NCBI GenBank assembly: GCA_041687295.1
Contig: JAWLCG010000002.1
Coordinates: 1-47,115 of the forward strand
Length of the DNA: 47,115 nt
Direction of reading: 5' to 3'
From: Phycisphaerae bacterium
Lineage (GTDB): Bacteria; Planctomycetota; Phycisphaerae; SM23-33; FEN-1343
The notes under the pieces are model-generated. The model was given only the letters and a program-made list of their open reading frames with translations, ran no database searches and was not told where the DNA came from. Both the position numbers and the translations under genes were made by a program. Positions 46,484 to 47,115 of this stretch are shown here, piece after piece. Numbering within the stretch: position 1 is the first letter of the stretch; every line of letters begins with the position of its first letter.

Positions 46484-47115
46484 ATGACGACAAACGAAGT
46501 GACGGCCCGGGGGCCGCAGGCGGCGGTGGACTGGCCGGCATTTCTGGCCCGGCACGACATGACCTGGGACCACCTGCCGCTGGGCTGGGAGGAGGGGGCC
46601 TTCACCGGCAACGGGCTGCTGGGCGCGATGGTCTACGCCGCCGACGAGTCGGGCGGCTGGGGGCGGCACGCCGACCGGCCGGGCGAGGCGCTCAACTGGC
46701 ACATTGGCCGGACCGACATCATCGACCACCGCCAGGCCGAGCTGCCCGACTTCCGCCACCCACGGCTGCCGATCGGCTACCTGGCCCTGCACCCGGCCGG
46801 GCGGATCACGGACTGCCGCATGCGCCTGGACCTGCACCGGGCGGAACTCACCGGCACGCTCACCACCGACCGGGGGGCGATCCGCTTTCGCCACTACACC
46901 CATGCCACCGAGCCGGTGGTTGTGATCGAGCTGGAGACCACCGGCGGGGAGGAGGACTGCTACTGGGACTTCCGGGCCGCCCAGGCCGACGAGCCGCGGT
47001 GGGTGCTCGGCGGCGACCGTCGGCGGCATAACGAGAAGTACGGCCCGTGGCTGCCCAACCCGGCCCCGGTGCACACGATGCGGGGCGAGGTGCACGTCTG
47101 CGAGCAGCGGCTGCT
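46484..47115 (+). CDS. GH95-like (alpha-L-fucosidase-type) glycoside hydrolase, N-terminal part; runs off the window
   Basis: Not in the ORF track. GGAGG RBS, then DWPAFLARHDMTWDHLPLGWEEGAFTGNGLLGAMVY, RLPIG and RLDLHRAE. Confidence 0.75.
   Translation, partial: MTTNEVTARGPQAAVDWPAFLARHDMTWDHLPLGWEEGAFTGNGLLGAMVYAADESGGWGRHADRPGEALNWHIGRTDIIDHRQAELPDFRHPRLPIGYLALHPAGRITDCRMRLDLHRAELTGTLTTDRGAIRFRHYTHATEPVVVIELETTGGEEDCYWDFRAAQADEPRWVLGGDRRRHNEKYGPWLPNPAPVHTMRGEVHVCEQRL

Overview
High-GC bacterial window that is almost entirely a mosaic carbohydrate and sulfated-glycan degradation island. Glycan-active genes: GH26, GH2, GH43, a GH129/GH101-like (DUF5696-type) protein, three clan GH-A (GH5-like) proteins, a GH95-like protein, a six-hairpin glycosidase, a lambda-carrageenase (GH150)-like protein, three large secreted beta-helix proteins and two intact S1 sulfatases. 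Other genes: a glycyl-radical enzyme, a URO-D/MtaA-like protein, an FAD oxidoreductase, a secreted enolase-superfamily protein, a ThuA protein, and two LacI and two AraC regulators. The intact operons are separated by many gene relics: four sulfatase 5' stubs, plus HAD, SDR, URO-D, GH106-like and AraC-like fragments and a back-to-back fusion of two IS21 istB-side ends. Several relics appear joined at microhomologies. I saw no rRNA, tRNA, CRISPR array, reverse transcriptase or transporter. The dockerin-like tail and gene content suggest a Planctomycetota/PVC-type anaerobe (inference only). Family assignments come from motif recognition by eye, not database searches.
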